Source of the DNA: Iphione sp. A-MEVVRFRX5
Taxonomy: Eukaryota
Length of the DNA: 64,000 nucleotides
Assembly: GCA_976226885.1 (NCBI GenBank)
Contig: OZ320313.1
Coordinates: 164,424,001 to 164,488,000, forward strand
Direction: 5' to 3'
A program made the position numbers and the translations under genes. Under the pieces are notes generated by a model, which had not been told where the DNA came from, did no database searches, and saw only the letters and a list, made by a program, of their open reading frames with translations. Of the stretch, positions 38,891-52,967 are shown in pieces; within the stretch, counting starts at the first letter, position 1; every line of letters starts with the position of its first letter.

Positions 38891-40285
38891 TGGCAAAATA
38901 AATTTCGGTGGCAACCCATTGAACAGGCAACTCGACTAGGCGACCATCTTGCAGTTGCAAACACTTTTATCTAGTCCCAATGATAGCTTTAGTATATAAA
39001 ATGCATTCAGAATTATGACCATCTCACGGACGCGACCACTTTTATCTTGTCCCTTAAGTGGTCACATTGGCGAGTTGCTACTATACTTCATTTTTCGTCA
39101 TGGTAATACATAATAGCTCATGAACAAGGCTTTACCAAATAAGAGTGGCATGTATTAAAAATCCGTGCCAGAATCGTCATAACTGTAAAACATATCTTTA
39201 CTAAAACACTATTTATTTAGTGACGTTCTGTGAGAAATGGAAATTTTGTATAAAATACGATTTAAGAGAAAAATAAGATCAATAATCGTTATCATATTTC
39301 CAAGATACTCTCATTTACGTAAAATATACATACTAAACAAAAATATAACCGATTTTAGCGATGAGGATGACCTGAAATGAAAGAATGGGAGGAACATTTG
39401 CCAATGGATTACAAACAAAACCCATGGATTATATGTCAAATTCCTCCGTCTTCAATCACGTCCATGTATAGTATGGTATGGCATAGTACTTATTCATAGT
39501 GAAAGAATCGACGATACATTGATTTTCACCTAACACTGATATGTTATTGGTTTAATATTTCTATTATCACATAGATTCCTGTTATTTACTAATCATAATT
39601 CTCTGTTCTAAAGAGTCTTTTTACAGTGAGACAGTATGATTATAGAACATTTTTTATACTATTACTCATTTTCCCCAAACCACTGTTTGTAATACATTTT
39701 GAAATTATCTATTTATAACCCCACATTTGGTTAACTTTTGTGGTTGCTCCATTCGTTTTTTTACGTTTAATCGGTATATCTTTCTTTTGAGTTTCTTGTT
39801 TAAATTTATCCATATCACCTTGTCTAGCATAAACTGTCACATCCTTTTTTACATGCTGTTGCTTTATAATGGTGGTAAATAGCCCCTAATACATGTGAAG
39901 ACATTGATAGGACCGAGACACATGCACCAATCTTATTTTACTGTTAACTTAATGAATCCATGCAATTACAAGAGCTTGTGTATCATACATATGTCCACTA
40001 AAACGTTTGGTATGTATCTACAAATCCTACCTTGCTTACAGCATTAAGAAACTGCTTGGGGAGGTGTGGTAGGGATGATGTTTTCTGGTCCTTCCCCTTG
40101 ATTAAAACAGAAAATATTCTTACTACAAAGTGTGTACTTTATAAGATCAGGACGACGGCCACAACCGCCATCTATGTAATACAACCATGACCTAGATTGG
40201 TAGAGTGATCTATATTTCAAATTACCTTCATGTATGATTGTTATAAGGTGGGTTAAGTAGCGTTCTATGAATTGCAACTTGTACC

Positions 40286-40440
40286 GGAGGGAGGGAGGCA
40301 GGCAGGCAGGCAGGCACATGCAGGGAGGGAGGGAGGCAGGCAGGCAGGCAGTGAGGGAGGCAGGGAGGGAGACAGGGAGGGAGACAGAAAGGCAGGCATA
40401 GAGGCAGGCAGGGAGGCGGGGAGGCAGGCAGGGAGGCAGG
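40286..40440. repeat. (GGCA/GGGA)n microsatellite
   Basis: Read directly. Confidence 0.9.
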
Positions 40441-40909
40441 GATTCCACGAAAACATTGCTGATATCATGGTATAAACGTGGCTGTGGAATATGCTGTCGC
40501 GGTGGCGCCACCGGTACTATTGTCAGGGAGACACCCAGTGTGCAATGAAAGTACTAAAGTAAAAAATTATTAGACTATTAGAATTATTTTTAGGATAGCT
40601 TCGTATAAACCAAATGTATAGCTACACGGATATTGAACAGGGACATGCAGGCAAAACATAAAGAACAATGTATAAAGACAGGGTTCTAAAGGCAAGGACA
40701 CGAGCATAGGTACTGGGGGGACACGAGCATAGGTACTGGGGAAGTAAGCTTTAGGAGCAGGGGTAGAGGTGTAAGGACTGGGGTACAGGGCAGATGAGCA
40801 GGGCAGGGGTCAAGGAATGATGGTACAGGGGCCATGGTACAAGGACATAGGTGTGCGGCCAAGGGAATGGGGTTGATGGAGAATATGAGCGTTGGGTATA
40901 GCGGAGGAG

Positions 40910-40914
<5 letters not shown>

Positions 40915-40992
<78 letters not shown>
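40915..40992. repeat. (GA)n microsatellite
   Basis: About 38 perfect GA units. Confidence 0.97.
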
Positions 40993-40996
<4 letters not shown>

Positions 40997-41053
40997 GGGT
41001 GGATGCAGGGGCCAAGCCAGGATTATACAGAGAGCCCCCATCCCCCTACTGTT

Positions 41054-44000
41054 TCAAGGACATCTATTCGCCAAACCGCTACTGCTACCAGTGAAGAGTT
41101 CCACATGGTATGCATTACTTCCTGTTGCACCTAAACTCTATGCATAACTGTGACTTTTTATTGAAAAGTTTACATGTCTGGAAGATGATTTTATTTCATA
41201 TGACAGAATTATGATAAATATATAGGTGAAACTACCTTTAGATCAAGTGCTTACATCTAAACTCTTCTTAGTTTCTTTATAGCAAGCCTAAAATTCTGAA
41301 AGGAATATGTGCTAACTCCCCTATTATCACTCATTCTTCACCTGCATAGTATTCTTACAAAATAAACAACTTAAGAGAGGATTTAGATTTCATGCTTGAA
41401 TATTTCTCTTTAGTTAATTAATTAAGGAATGAAATAAAGATAAAAGATATAATTGCCACAGTTCATAAATGTATAAAATCAGCCTTGACACTCCTTTGTT
41501 TAGCCTAGATACGGAAGTGTTGCATACCATGTACTGCTGCACCCTGGGATAGTACTGGTTTGGTCTATAAGGAACGGATCACGCACAGACATCAACATTA
41601 TGCGAGGTTAGTGTGGCTCAGCTGACGACTCAAAATAATTCACCGTTTTGCCACATTCTCAACATTTAGTGGAAAAACAATGAAAAACGTCATATTGCAA
41701 AACAGTGCTTTTTAGCCAGCCAGTAATAGCTCGACTCAGACTTCCCCTCATCAGGATACACTCACCGGGTGTGTGTTGTTGACTGCTGCTGATAATACAC
41801 TTATCCTGGTCTTCTGTTCTCGTACGGCCGGGGACTGAAATCATGGCAATAGTATTTACTCTGTTAGAAAGACACTTTTCTGCAGCTAGCATAAGATAAG
41901 ATAATAAGAAACAATTTATTCCTTCCACAATTTGCCTCTTTGAGACATTCTTCAGACAGGGATGTTTGTCAAAGGGATTTGAGTATAAGAGAGTTCTTCC
42001 GAGGCTCCTGTTGGACTCGTCCACGCTGACGCCGATGCTGTAGTGTGACACTGTGAAGAATAAAGGCTGCTAATCGAACCTAGCATAAGTGTGGACATGA
42101 TACAAAGACAAATAGGAAAAAAGTGATGGAGACTGATGCACTGGCTTTGGCTTCAATGTCGGTCGGGTAATGAACTTCAGGTGAAAAGATTTGATAAGGT
42201 CTTCTATATAATCTCGGGGGACAACACCATCCCCCACCACCACCCAGCTACTTCCCGCATAACTGGCACTACCCCATTTAGTGTGGAAACAACAATTGTG
42301 ACCACTTTAATGGTCATACTGGCCTCATGAACCCAAAACCCAAAAGCCTGTAAATTGTATGCATCCGTGATTCACTAAAAGCCAAGCTCTGTTATCCGAC
42401 TGGTTTCTGGCTATTTTCAAAAACATTTTGAATGATTTAATAATTAGTTCTGTAGTATTAACTTACCACCAACACCACCAGGAGCTTTCAAAGCCAGACC
42501 TAGAAGGCCTCGTCCTCGTCCCCGTTGAGGGGGCTGCGAATTCGTCTCTCTCAAACTTTCTGCCACTTTGTTCACATGTATAGATGTTCCTACGGAGGCA
42601 GAGAGTATGTGGTTCTGAACTTCACAACATGTGCATGTGTCATTGAGAGCACTTCCTTAGTCTTGTTCTATACAACAACTAATTGTTAGTGATGACATGC
42701 AAAATATGCATTAAATATAATCAAGTGAGATAGAAATTTCTTTTCCTTTACTGCTATGCTGGAAGTTACGAACACTTGTGGAAGGACTAATTTGTGCTCC
42801 ACTTGTAAACTGTATTAGGTTGGTGACATACGCGAAGGTTAAGTTACCTTCAGTTCTCTTTGATGGCCCACTCTGGGTTTCCTGGATATCGAGTCCACCT
42901 GGTCGTGTCTCTGTACATGTATATCAAACTTTATTAGTTGTTAAGTAGGCGATGAGTGACTGCAAAATAGAGGTCTTGTGCAGTGTAATACAAACACACA
43001 CACACACAGACAATCACTCACAAACTACAGACTCACTCACCCATCCACCCCCACACCCACACCCCCACCACCACCCCCATTTTCTCCAGTGTAGGGGGAA
43101 CATGACAGATATATGATGTTATCCCAGCTCCCAAATGCTATCAGATCCAAATCTTGTGCTCCTTAAGTCACTCCTCATATCTTTGCATGGAAAACCTCCT
43201 TGATAACGGACTGTTCGAAAATCCATTTATTGACAGTGAAATAAGTTAAAATCTATCCTCAATATCTGGTGCTCTACTATTTACGGTTGTCACATCAAAA
43301 ACCAGAATAAAAATATATCCCATTCTTAAAATAGACTGATTGCCGAATCGTGTCTTTACGAAGCAAATGACATTTTTACCTGTGGTGAAAAAGTGCAATT
43401 TTTACAAGTCCACAGTGGATTTTACGTGGCATGCATAGAATACTCCATAATGGTCTTTCAGAGACATGCTATGGCATATTTTCATTAGGTTCTCATCTTT
43501 CAAATGGACTTTGTTGTATCACGATCGGACAACTAGAAAAGGGTGTTTCTGTCTTGAGAAGACACAGTCTACGTAATTATAAACCAGCAGAATCTAAATA
43601 CTGTCATAGGCTGACTGCGGTCATTTGTGACCTTTGGTAAACAAAAAAATGTCATCACTACCTGTTACACCCATTGTTTTAGCATTGTTCTGTGCTCTAT
43701 GACGTTTTTTGGCGATCGGTTTATTATCTGTTTGAAGAGATTAACATTACCGGTCAAACAATGATCTAGGCATACACAGCACATGTACATATATTTTGTC
43801 TTATCCTAGCATCTGTTTCCTTACCTTTGGCAGAAAGGCTGGCCCCACGACCAAGGCCTGCTAGAATCAGCGGACGTCTGCGATGCACACTAGGCGGCAG
43901 CACGATACCGTTGGGTGACCTCTGAACGGGGGATTTTGACACACTTTCTGTTACGGACTGTGGGGACTGAGGCCGTGCTTTTTGGTGAATATGTGGCTGT

Positions 44001-47000
44001 GTTTGTGGTTGAGGGTTTGACTGAGGCTGTGTGCATATTTGTGGCTGAGACTGCTTCGGTGAATGTGTGTCCTGTGTTCCTGTCTCTGTCTGAGTGGTGA
44101 CTTGAAGTTGGGTGTCTAGATGCATCTGGGGCTGTGTCTGCCAGGATGTCTTGGACTCTGCTTCTTGCTGTGTAGGTGAGTGTCTTTGGGTCCGGATAAG
44201 CAGCGGTGGGCCCGCTGAAGAGGCGCCATCCATAGAGTGTGGGTACGCTGTCCTGAGCATCTGAGCCAGCTGACCTTCAGGTGCTTGTGCCAAATCATCC
44301 ACAACATTTCTATCAGTCTCAATGGCTTCCCGCATGTGGTGCTCTGGTGCAGGGGACATTTCGCATTCAGCTCCTGTCTCTCTTATTGCCCTCTCTTTGC
44401 TGGCGTACTGTCTACTCTGTGTCATCAGTTTTGGTAGGCTCTTAGGCAGGCGAAGTACTTCTGATCTATGGAGGGGCATTGTGTCAAGGTTGTAAAACGA
44501 CTAATGAATTAAATGAAAGGTATTTCTTTCAATTCACCATCTTTGTCATTTCATCTTCATTAATATATATATATGGTGCCAGAATCTATTCGCTGTTACA
44601 AGTGGCAAGTACAAAGGTTCAACATGTCTTTCAGCATCTACACAGTATTCCTCATATGTTAAGATTCACCCCTGATAAATGCAAAAATACAAGAAAATGT
44701 ATAAGTAACGTATGGGTGAGGTTCATGCAGCTGGCAGTGCAGACATTGTATAAAAAGCATGCATGGAGGAAACTAATAGCTCGCTAACTCACTGAGCAGT
44801 TAACTTTCTAGGGCGCGGCTGAGCAAGTGGTAATGCAGGCACCGAGTCCCTGAAACACACAAACCAGTGAAGAATTTATGTCCACCACATTCAGGAAAAG
44901 TACACCCGGAATCTTCCCTCGTATGCAAACACTTGTCAGAGCTACATGGCAGGTAAAAATGACGGAGATGGAGAAAAAACAAAGAGGCAAAGTACTGTTT
45001 CACATTCCACACGCCAGGCCCAGCCTTACCCCATGGGGTGGTGTGAGGCAACATCAAGAATAATGCAAGAGAACCGGCACCGGCAGAGAGAAACCTAGGG
45101 CACTGGTGTTAGGGCACAGACACAGCAGACAGAGAGAAATTACATGTCATAGGCAAAAAACTAGTGCTTTTTGCAATGCACTTTATAACAGATTACAATG
45201 GTGCCCGAGAGTAACACAGAGAAATGTTAGGTCTCCATGTGTAACACGGCCAAGTACACTTAGCAGAGATGCAGCCTTGACCCGATTCGGAATTGAACGA
45301 GGTTATGAAAACATCTTTATAGTTTGGTTGTATAATAGCAATTTTCATTTATCTATCAGAGCAACTTCGGCGAGGATCTTTACAATTTATCAAAGCTCTT
45401 TGTATACTTTGAACATTCATAATTTTGTTAAATATTGAATAAAGATTCTTTTCCTGTACAATTCACCGTTGCTGTGAGTGACATGACAGTTGAACTGGCC
45501 AATCAGAGTGCAGCTTTCAAAGAGGGCAGGAATTTGAGCCATAGACAAAGAAAGCTAGATGTCTAGCATTGAAGTGAATGACACCTCTCAGTATCTTTTT
45601 AGAAATTAGAGATAGAAATCTGAAAATATATATATATATGCAAGTATACAGAGAATACACATCAAGGGTCACATGTGATAATTTTGGTTGAACTATATCC
45701 AATATTTCTTAAGTTCTGAAGGCAAAAGATGACTATCGAAGACTTAAAGAACCTAGAGCTTGTCTATGAAGGAAGCACATCCGTAACTTTTTGGAGTGGG
45801 TGGAGCTTTAGCCCCAAAAGCGATCCGTCAATAACGTACTTCTCATCTTCTACGAACTCCTCCATGTCCACTTCATCTTCTTCATCTACAAACACAGTAC
45901 ATGTACATGTCTTGTATAAAATTGTTGCAGTCGGACCTCAGAAACGGGAGGACTCCACCCCGTGCGGAGCATGGCAACACACAACAATATAACACTCTTA
46001 AAACTGATATTGTCATTTTTAAAAAATCTGTCATGGAATTATAGACACATATAAATTGGCTATTATCTCTACTTTCAGTTAATGTATGGTTTTTTAATTT
46101 GTATGTCTGTAATGACCATTGATAACAAGTGATGCCCAGTTAGTTCATTTGAACAGAGGATTATCCATGGATTTTCCACGGGTTCATTCTTGTACTGTTC
46201 CTTAACGTACATGCCGCCGACTATTTATGTTAGTAATGACAATTTAAAAAGAAATACCATCGGCCTCCGCCTACCAGACCCCTCCATTCCGGAATATCGT
46301 CATAACCGGACGGTATTATAATTCCCAATTGTTTCTCTATATTAAGTACACTATTTAACCGGAGACCCCTTTTCCGTATTCGGACGAAATTTAGCTACAT
46401 TTTTGAGCATTTAACATAGGAAATACATTCAGTTAACCGGACTGGAGAGAACAAAGAAAACGTCAGGCCAGACCCTCCTAAAGGAAGAAACAACAGAGCG
46501 CTGAGAACAAAGAAATTTGAAGTTTTCTTGACATTTTCTCCATGGAATATGCCTCAATCTCCATGAATTTTGCCGTTTTTTGTCACATTCTCCTTGAAAT
46601 TTGCCGTTTTTGACACTTTCTCCATGGAATATGCCTCCCATACTTATAATTATAACATTTAAAATCAATATAGATCAATAACCAACAATCTGATTGAGTA
46701 TTCATTACCCTCCCATACTTAACCATTATGACAGTTTTCCCCACCAGGAGACGCATGGTATTTGTGTCGCCACTCCGGACCCCCTCCCATCCGGACATTT
46801 TTTTGCATTCTGGTACCCCTCCGGTTAAGGCTGGCCAACGGTACCACTAATAATATAATACAAGTTCCTGATAACCACTTTCTGAACTGATGGCACCTGG
46901 TATGACGTGTACATATGAACAACAGCCCTGACTCAAGGATGATTGATCATATCATTTAGATAATGATAGCCTAGTCATGATTAATATTTGGCGTTTGTTC

Positions 47001-48611
47001 CAGAGATGCCCAGCTGGAAATTCGTCGGCATAATGAAGAGCATATTATATATTTTGACTACTGAAAAGCTTAAGCTCAACCTTTAGACATTTTGGTTTAC
47101 AGCAAATGTGGTGCACATATCGGCATAGTCCTGCCATGGCAAAACCGACGGCTTATATGATGAAACAAAGAAAATTGAGTTATGGTAAATCTGCTGCAAA
47201 GAGTTCAACCATACGGTGAGAGGGAAAAGGAATACACTGACCTGTGAGCCACTGCTCCGATGACTTAGGAAGATCAACTTTGTTGTGGGATACTCTAATG
47301 TTGCCGGTTTTCAATTGGCCATCCTCTTTCAATTGTGCTAGAAGAGACGAAAAACAACAATACTTGTTCTAAAACTGGTACATAAAAACACTTTCAACAT
47401 ATTAGTCTCATGAAGGGAGAGAACTACTTTGAAATCATCAGTTAACAATATACTTCGGATACATCTTCATTTATACAGTTACTGTGATGTAATTAACCGC
47501 CATGGCAGTAAATGATATTCTGAATGCTGTTTAAATGGAACTTTTCTCTTGTGAACGTTATCCTGAAGGAGGGCTTGGTGGTGTTTACTTAGATAAATCT
47601 CCTGTTCCAGTGGCTCCCGGAAAGGACACTTGGCAATGTGTTTCTGGAACTCCGACGGACGCAGCAGATGACAGGCATTGAACGGGCACGTCTTGAACTC
47701 CTCATCCATATGATTCTGATACAAAATAAAAAGAATTTATTAAAGACATGTATGTGACCTGTATGGGTATAGAACATGAGCTCATCTTAATGAGCCTTTG
47801 TGTAGAAATAAGAAGAAAGCAACTTTTCATGGATAGACAAGGTGTGAGCATTATTATCATTGATAAGAGACAGGAGTCAGTTAACAAACCACAAAGTGTG
47901 TTATCTTGTAGCACTTAGTAACCAGACAGAAGGCACACTCCTGCAAATGGTCTATTGAATCTCTCTTCCTCTTCAACAGGTAGTTTCACACTATTTAGAT
48001 ACAGTCCAGTTCAAGGAAAAATGTCTTTACCACAGTCATCAAAAGTTCCTTTACATTATCAGCAGCCTATACCCTTCTATAATGGGCCCCTCTGTGTGTG
48101 GGCAGCCCAAAGCCTAGAGATGCATGAGTAAAAACTCCCTCCCCTGTTCCGGGCGGCAAGTATACCTCTTAAAGAGCTTAGGGTCATTACAGCGGGTCAA
48201 CACCCATTAATTTCAACATTCGACTCATCCAATGTTCAACTAAGCTAACAACGTAAAGTGTGCATGGTCGTTACGCAAATGGCAGGAGGGGGGTACATGC
48301 GCTAAGTGTCAGATCCAAAAGACTATGGAAGAACATGATGTAAATGTTGATGCGAAGAATACCAGCGCTCTTTATGATATCCAAAGTTCCAGGGTTTAAA
48401 TATCGAAATTTTGGAACATTATTAGTGTCCACGGTGCTTGTGTAGTACCGTAAAAAATAATCAAGTACTATGATGGCTACATACAATGCAATACCATGAA
48501 TGAAGGCCAAATTACCTTTCTGCACTTGATGATGTGATACTGAAGACGTCCGGCCTTGACCAAATGAAGTTTGTCAAATGGACAAGTCACCAATTCGTTT
48601 CTCCCACTCAT
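41054..48611 (-). CDS. GTSF1: Gametocyte-specific factor 1 / Asterix-like protein (two CHHC zinc fingers) with a long disordered C-terminus
   Basis: Exons 48611-48516 (CPFDKLH...HIIKC), 47715-47589 (CPFNACH...HIAKC), 47337-47242, possibly 46846-46724, 45885-45840, 44849-44793, 44465-43825, 42910-42848 and 42589-42467. Less certain: ~42050, 41834-41766 and 41130-41054. All are phase compatible. The LRLPKSLP motif recalls the GTSF1 C-terminal VPKSLP. The 3' exons are tentative. Confidence 0.85.
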
Positions 48612-50001
48612 AGTGATGTTTCTTTGCTGCACACCATTGACGTATCTACGACAGTTCAACGTATACATTATCAATGAAACTGTTTAATGCATGTGAAAGT
48701 TTTATTCGATTCATTTTTCACTGAGAAGTAATGAAATCTGAGTCCTCTTATCGATATAAGCATGTCACTATATATTTACATCCTTAAGGCTTAGATCCTT
48801 AGATCAATTTTAACTATGCACATGATGAACTAACGATGGGAAACTACACCAAAAAAATAATCCACGGTAGGTAGTCGTTGGGTTTTTTAGTTTGTCAATT
48901 TGTCTCACTCTTAATATCTACCAGTCCACACATTCCACTTCCTATAGTCAATATGTACTGGTCCTTCGTCCATATTCCAATCTACTTAGTCAGTGGACGT
49001 ATTTCTCAGTTGTTAAAAGACTTTTATGATGACCAGCAAAGTTTGTTGCAGTTACTGCAGGCTAAGCCTGCAACTGTCTGTAAACATTGATTCCACTCTG
49101 TTGTCTGCACTCTCTCTTTACTTCCCACTGGTCTTCTCTTTCTCTCACTCAACTCAACATTGGCCTTCTACAGTAGAACCTGGAAAATGTCGTGACCCAC
49201 CATTTAGGGCAAAAGTGGCCGCAATGGCCTGTTGACAGATTCCTGATCATTTTCAAACTTAAATCCCCATGTCCCCACCAGTTTGTTTCCCTTGTAGTTC
49301 TAATGATTTTGCATTGTGTCTGGGAATGCCGCTAGTTTTATATGCCTTACACAAGAGTTACGGCCGACTCAAGTCACTGAGCAACCGTCCGATAACCCTA
49401 TCTTTCCTCTTTTTAATGATTTCATGTTTATTAACTAGTTTACACATAGCTATTTCTTTAGTTTGGGAGCATGAAGCAGGCCAATAGACAGGCACCGTGG
49501 ATCAAGAATTTGCCTTGAACAGCCGAGCTAACAATACATACTTGGCGTGCGCGATTTCAACAGAACATACACAACAAATTGACGATCGAAGAGTAGCAAT
49601 CAACCAAGACTGTGGCTCAAAGTCAAATCAAGTATGATGTCTTCAATCTCTTAGTTGATGCATCCCGCTCTGAAGTTAATGTATCATCACTAGAGCTTAG
49701 ACTAGCAGATGACACAGCTACGAGCTGCACTGTGGAGATCAGAGCACCAGGGGCATTATACTAGTGGCAGATGCTGAAATTGTGGCAAATGTGCATTTTT
49801 TTCCCAAAAAAAATTCTGAAATTTTGGGAAAATGTTTCTTTTCCTACAAATGTCCAAAATGTTTTCAACTGTGTGATTTCAATGCAAATGACACAGTTTT
49901 TTTTCTGCATGAAATAATATGTTATATGCTCTTCCTTCACGTATCCTATCCCTTGTAGCTGTCCGTTGGCCAGCAGGGAGCGGGATGGGTGGCCAAGGTG
50001 A

Positions 50002-50145
50002 AATGAGCCAATCGTCAACGGCTGAAGAAATGGGTACTGCAAACAAGATGTTTACTAATTGTGACACAGTCTCATTATGATATCCCGATTAGTAACAATT
50101 ATGTCTGCAGTACCCGTTTCTTCAACTGCTGATGATTGGCTCATT
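50002..50145. repeat. Imperfect ~144-bp palindrome related to the repeat at ~10.1-10.2 kb
   Basis: aatgagccaatc...ggtactgca ... tgcagtacc...gattggctcatt; similar ggccaaggtg...ggtactgcc sequence near 10105-10180. Confidence 0.8.
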
Positions 50146-51099
50146 CTGTTAGGTGCTCTCCACTCATGTACCCCTTCCCTTGTAGCCACCTGCCATCCAA
50201 CCAGGAGGTGGACAAGTGCATGCTTACCAGCACAGACTTCACACGGCCTCTTCTCAGTCTTATCAGACAATGACATCAGTAGGAACTTCTTGCCGGCTGA
50301 GAACTTTACATAACTTCTTCTCTACTATCTCTACTGATTTTGAACACTGCCTTCAGTGGATAGCGGGCTCCCCATTCACTGATTAACTCCCATAGAGGAC
50401 CTGCTCTCCACTAATAACTGATGCCAGTTGATAGCATCTACATATCTTGAAATTTAACCAGCAAGCCAGTATGCAATCAATAGCCAACAGTGAAAGTAGC
50501 GGACAGGCGCGCCCCACGAGGAAGCCCCTGCAAAAGCCAAGCATGACCCTTTCTTTAAAGCTAGTGATAGCACCTCCATACCTACAATGCCACACACCGG
50601 GGCTGCCCTCAAGCAAAAGGAAACGAAAACTTGAGAAAAGTTCTACACATTAGGGTCCCTCAGCTAAACGTGTAGCTTTATTTTATGTAAAAACAAATCA
50701 ATAATGGGAGAGAAATATAGGATATGAGTAGCAACTATGAAGAACGGTTTAATTCATCTTATTGCTGCTAACAACATAGCCAGTGAAGCTTAATAACAAG
50801 CTTTTCAGGTGGTACCACCTCTTCATCCGGTGAAGCAATAAGAAAAAACATTCTGGACAGTGTCCTTAGTGGGCTGTCTAGCACATATTCATCAGAACCC
50901 ATGACGTTGGAACCAATGACTAAGTTCCAAGTTCCTAATAGGCTCCCGATGAATAAAACAATCGTTGATTGGTTTCAACAAATACATGCTAGACAGTGGT
51001 GGTTTATAGCCAAAGGTATCCAGGATGCTATGAGGTGGCAACAAACCAAACTAAGGTATGTGAATGGTTGTTCTCCTAGCTGAGACTAAGGTTTAATTT

Positions 51100-51500
51100 T
51101 TTAGACGCATGTTTTCAGAGCTGTGACTGTATTTTGGGGGTCGTTTTTTAAAATTATGCTTATAACAAGGAGTATTTCCTGGTGTACGTGTAGCCTAGAC
51201 TGTTCTGTGTAGCATGTCACCATCGAGCATATTTTTGGGGGGAAGGTTCTCAATTATCATGGCCATATATGGATGTTTCATATGTTTTGAATGGGAACTA
51301 TTCTAATCACAGGAGTGATACAAGGGTCCATATATTGTTTCTAATTCTATCTTATTGCTATGGATAGGAACACAGTGTCAACTTTTCATGGCAGTGCACC
51401 AGTGAAAACATGCTACATGTACACACAATTACCACGTGCTGATTAAGCCTTATGCCCTCCTTGGGTCAATTTCGTTTATGGGAGACTGCCCAAGAAAAAA
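51100..51500 (+). mobile_element. Decayed LINE RT remnant
   Basis: GVIQG...IAMD-like fragment near 51310; a LADDT-like fragment near 49705 suggests similar debris upstream. Confidence 0.35.
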
Positions 51501-51682
51501 ACGAAGTGGTTTTGTCAGTTTTCTCTGTGTGTTCTGTGGGTCTAACCACTGAGTAGAAGGCAAAGGTGTTTAAACCTAAAGAACCTACTTTACCTCTGTT
51601 ATACACCTAGCTGACCTCTGTTCTATACAAAAACCTACTAAACTTCTAACACCAAGAAAACATTACATTTTACCAATATGTT

Positions 51683-52812
51683 CGGCCTTATCACACCCCT
51701 CTACTGAGTGTGTTTATAACTACACCAAGAGAAAATAGTCCCAAATCCTTTCAGTAAAAATATTAGGAGGGTGTGGGTCCCCCCCCCCAACAGATATAAA
51801 AGTGTTTCAATAAAAATCCAAGAGGGGGGGTGTGGGGGGTCTCCCCCCACAATTTTGAACTAGCGATTTTACTTTAGGGTTAGGGTAAGGGTTAGGGTTA
51901 GGGTTAGCCACACATTCCATACACATTCATAAATAAATACTCACAGAGCTTTCCCCACAATTACTGGCAATGTTACTTAGGGTTGGGGTTAGGGTTAGGG
52001 TTAGGGATAGCCACACATTCCCTACACATTCATATATAAACACAGAGTTTCTCCCCTGACAATCCAAGGGGTCAAGGTCGCATTGAAAGAAGTCCGGTCG
52101 GGACCGATAAACTAGAATTTTACCTGAATGTTTGTATGGGATATATGTCGGTAACCGACATTGCACGTAGCCATCACTGGCATCAATCATAAGCCGACAT
52201 ATTTTCACAGCAACAAGTGCGACGTACAGGTCCACGGTGCTCTCGTTGGGGCTTTAACGATCTTGGTGGTGGTAGTTATTAGCTGTTCTAGCCCTTGGGC
52301 TGTGCACTTTCCCATAGGCATAAAAGACCACGCCCTGCTCATAGAGACAATGCATTTCATTGTTTTTTTGGTAAAATTCTAGTTTATCGGTCCCGACCGG
52401 ACTACTTTCAATGCTACCTTGACCCCTTGGATTGTCAGGGGAGAAACTCTGTGTTTATATATGAATGTGTAGGGAATGTGTGGCTATCCCTAACCCTAAC
52501 CCTAACCCCAACCCTAAGTAACATTGCCAGTAATTGTGGGGAAAGCTCTGTGAGTATTTATTTATGAATGTGTATGGAATGTGTGGCTAACCCTAACCCT
52601 AACCCTTACCCTAACCCTAAAGTAAAATCGCTAGTTCAAAATTGTGGGGGGAGACCCCCCACACCCCCCCTCTTGGATTTTTATTGAAACACTTTTATAT
52701 CTGTTGGGGGGGGGGGACCCACACCCTCCTAATATTTTTACTGAAAGGATTTGGGACTATTTTCTCTTGGTGTAGTTATAAACACACTCAGTAGAGGGGT
52801 GTGATAAGGCCG
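51683..52812. mobile_element. Fold-back element: ~442-bp near-perfect inverted arms with (TTAGGG)n cassettes around a 245-bp spacer
   Basis: Arm 51683-52124 is the reverse complement of 52370-52812 apart from a few substitutions and homopolymer length differences. Confidence 0.9.
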
Positions 52813-52967
52813 GCGTAGTAATTAGCGGCGGGACCGGTAAAGTAGAATGGAGTGAACATTCATACATGTATTACATACATATTAAGTGTTGGATGACAGC
52901 GACTGCAAGTGATTTCGTGGCTGTCTGTACAGCAGTACAGTGCGCCGCCCAATGAGCGATATTATAG

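Noticed and set aside
41659-42051. 130-aa stand-alone ORF
   Set aside because: It is better explained as GTSF1 exons with a stop-free intron (acceptor at 41835, donor gtgagt at 41765).
51870-52620. Telomere or chromosome-fusion site
   Set aside because: There are only short TTAGGG runs embedded in element arms, and the cassette recurs at 18.4 kb.
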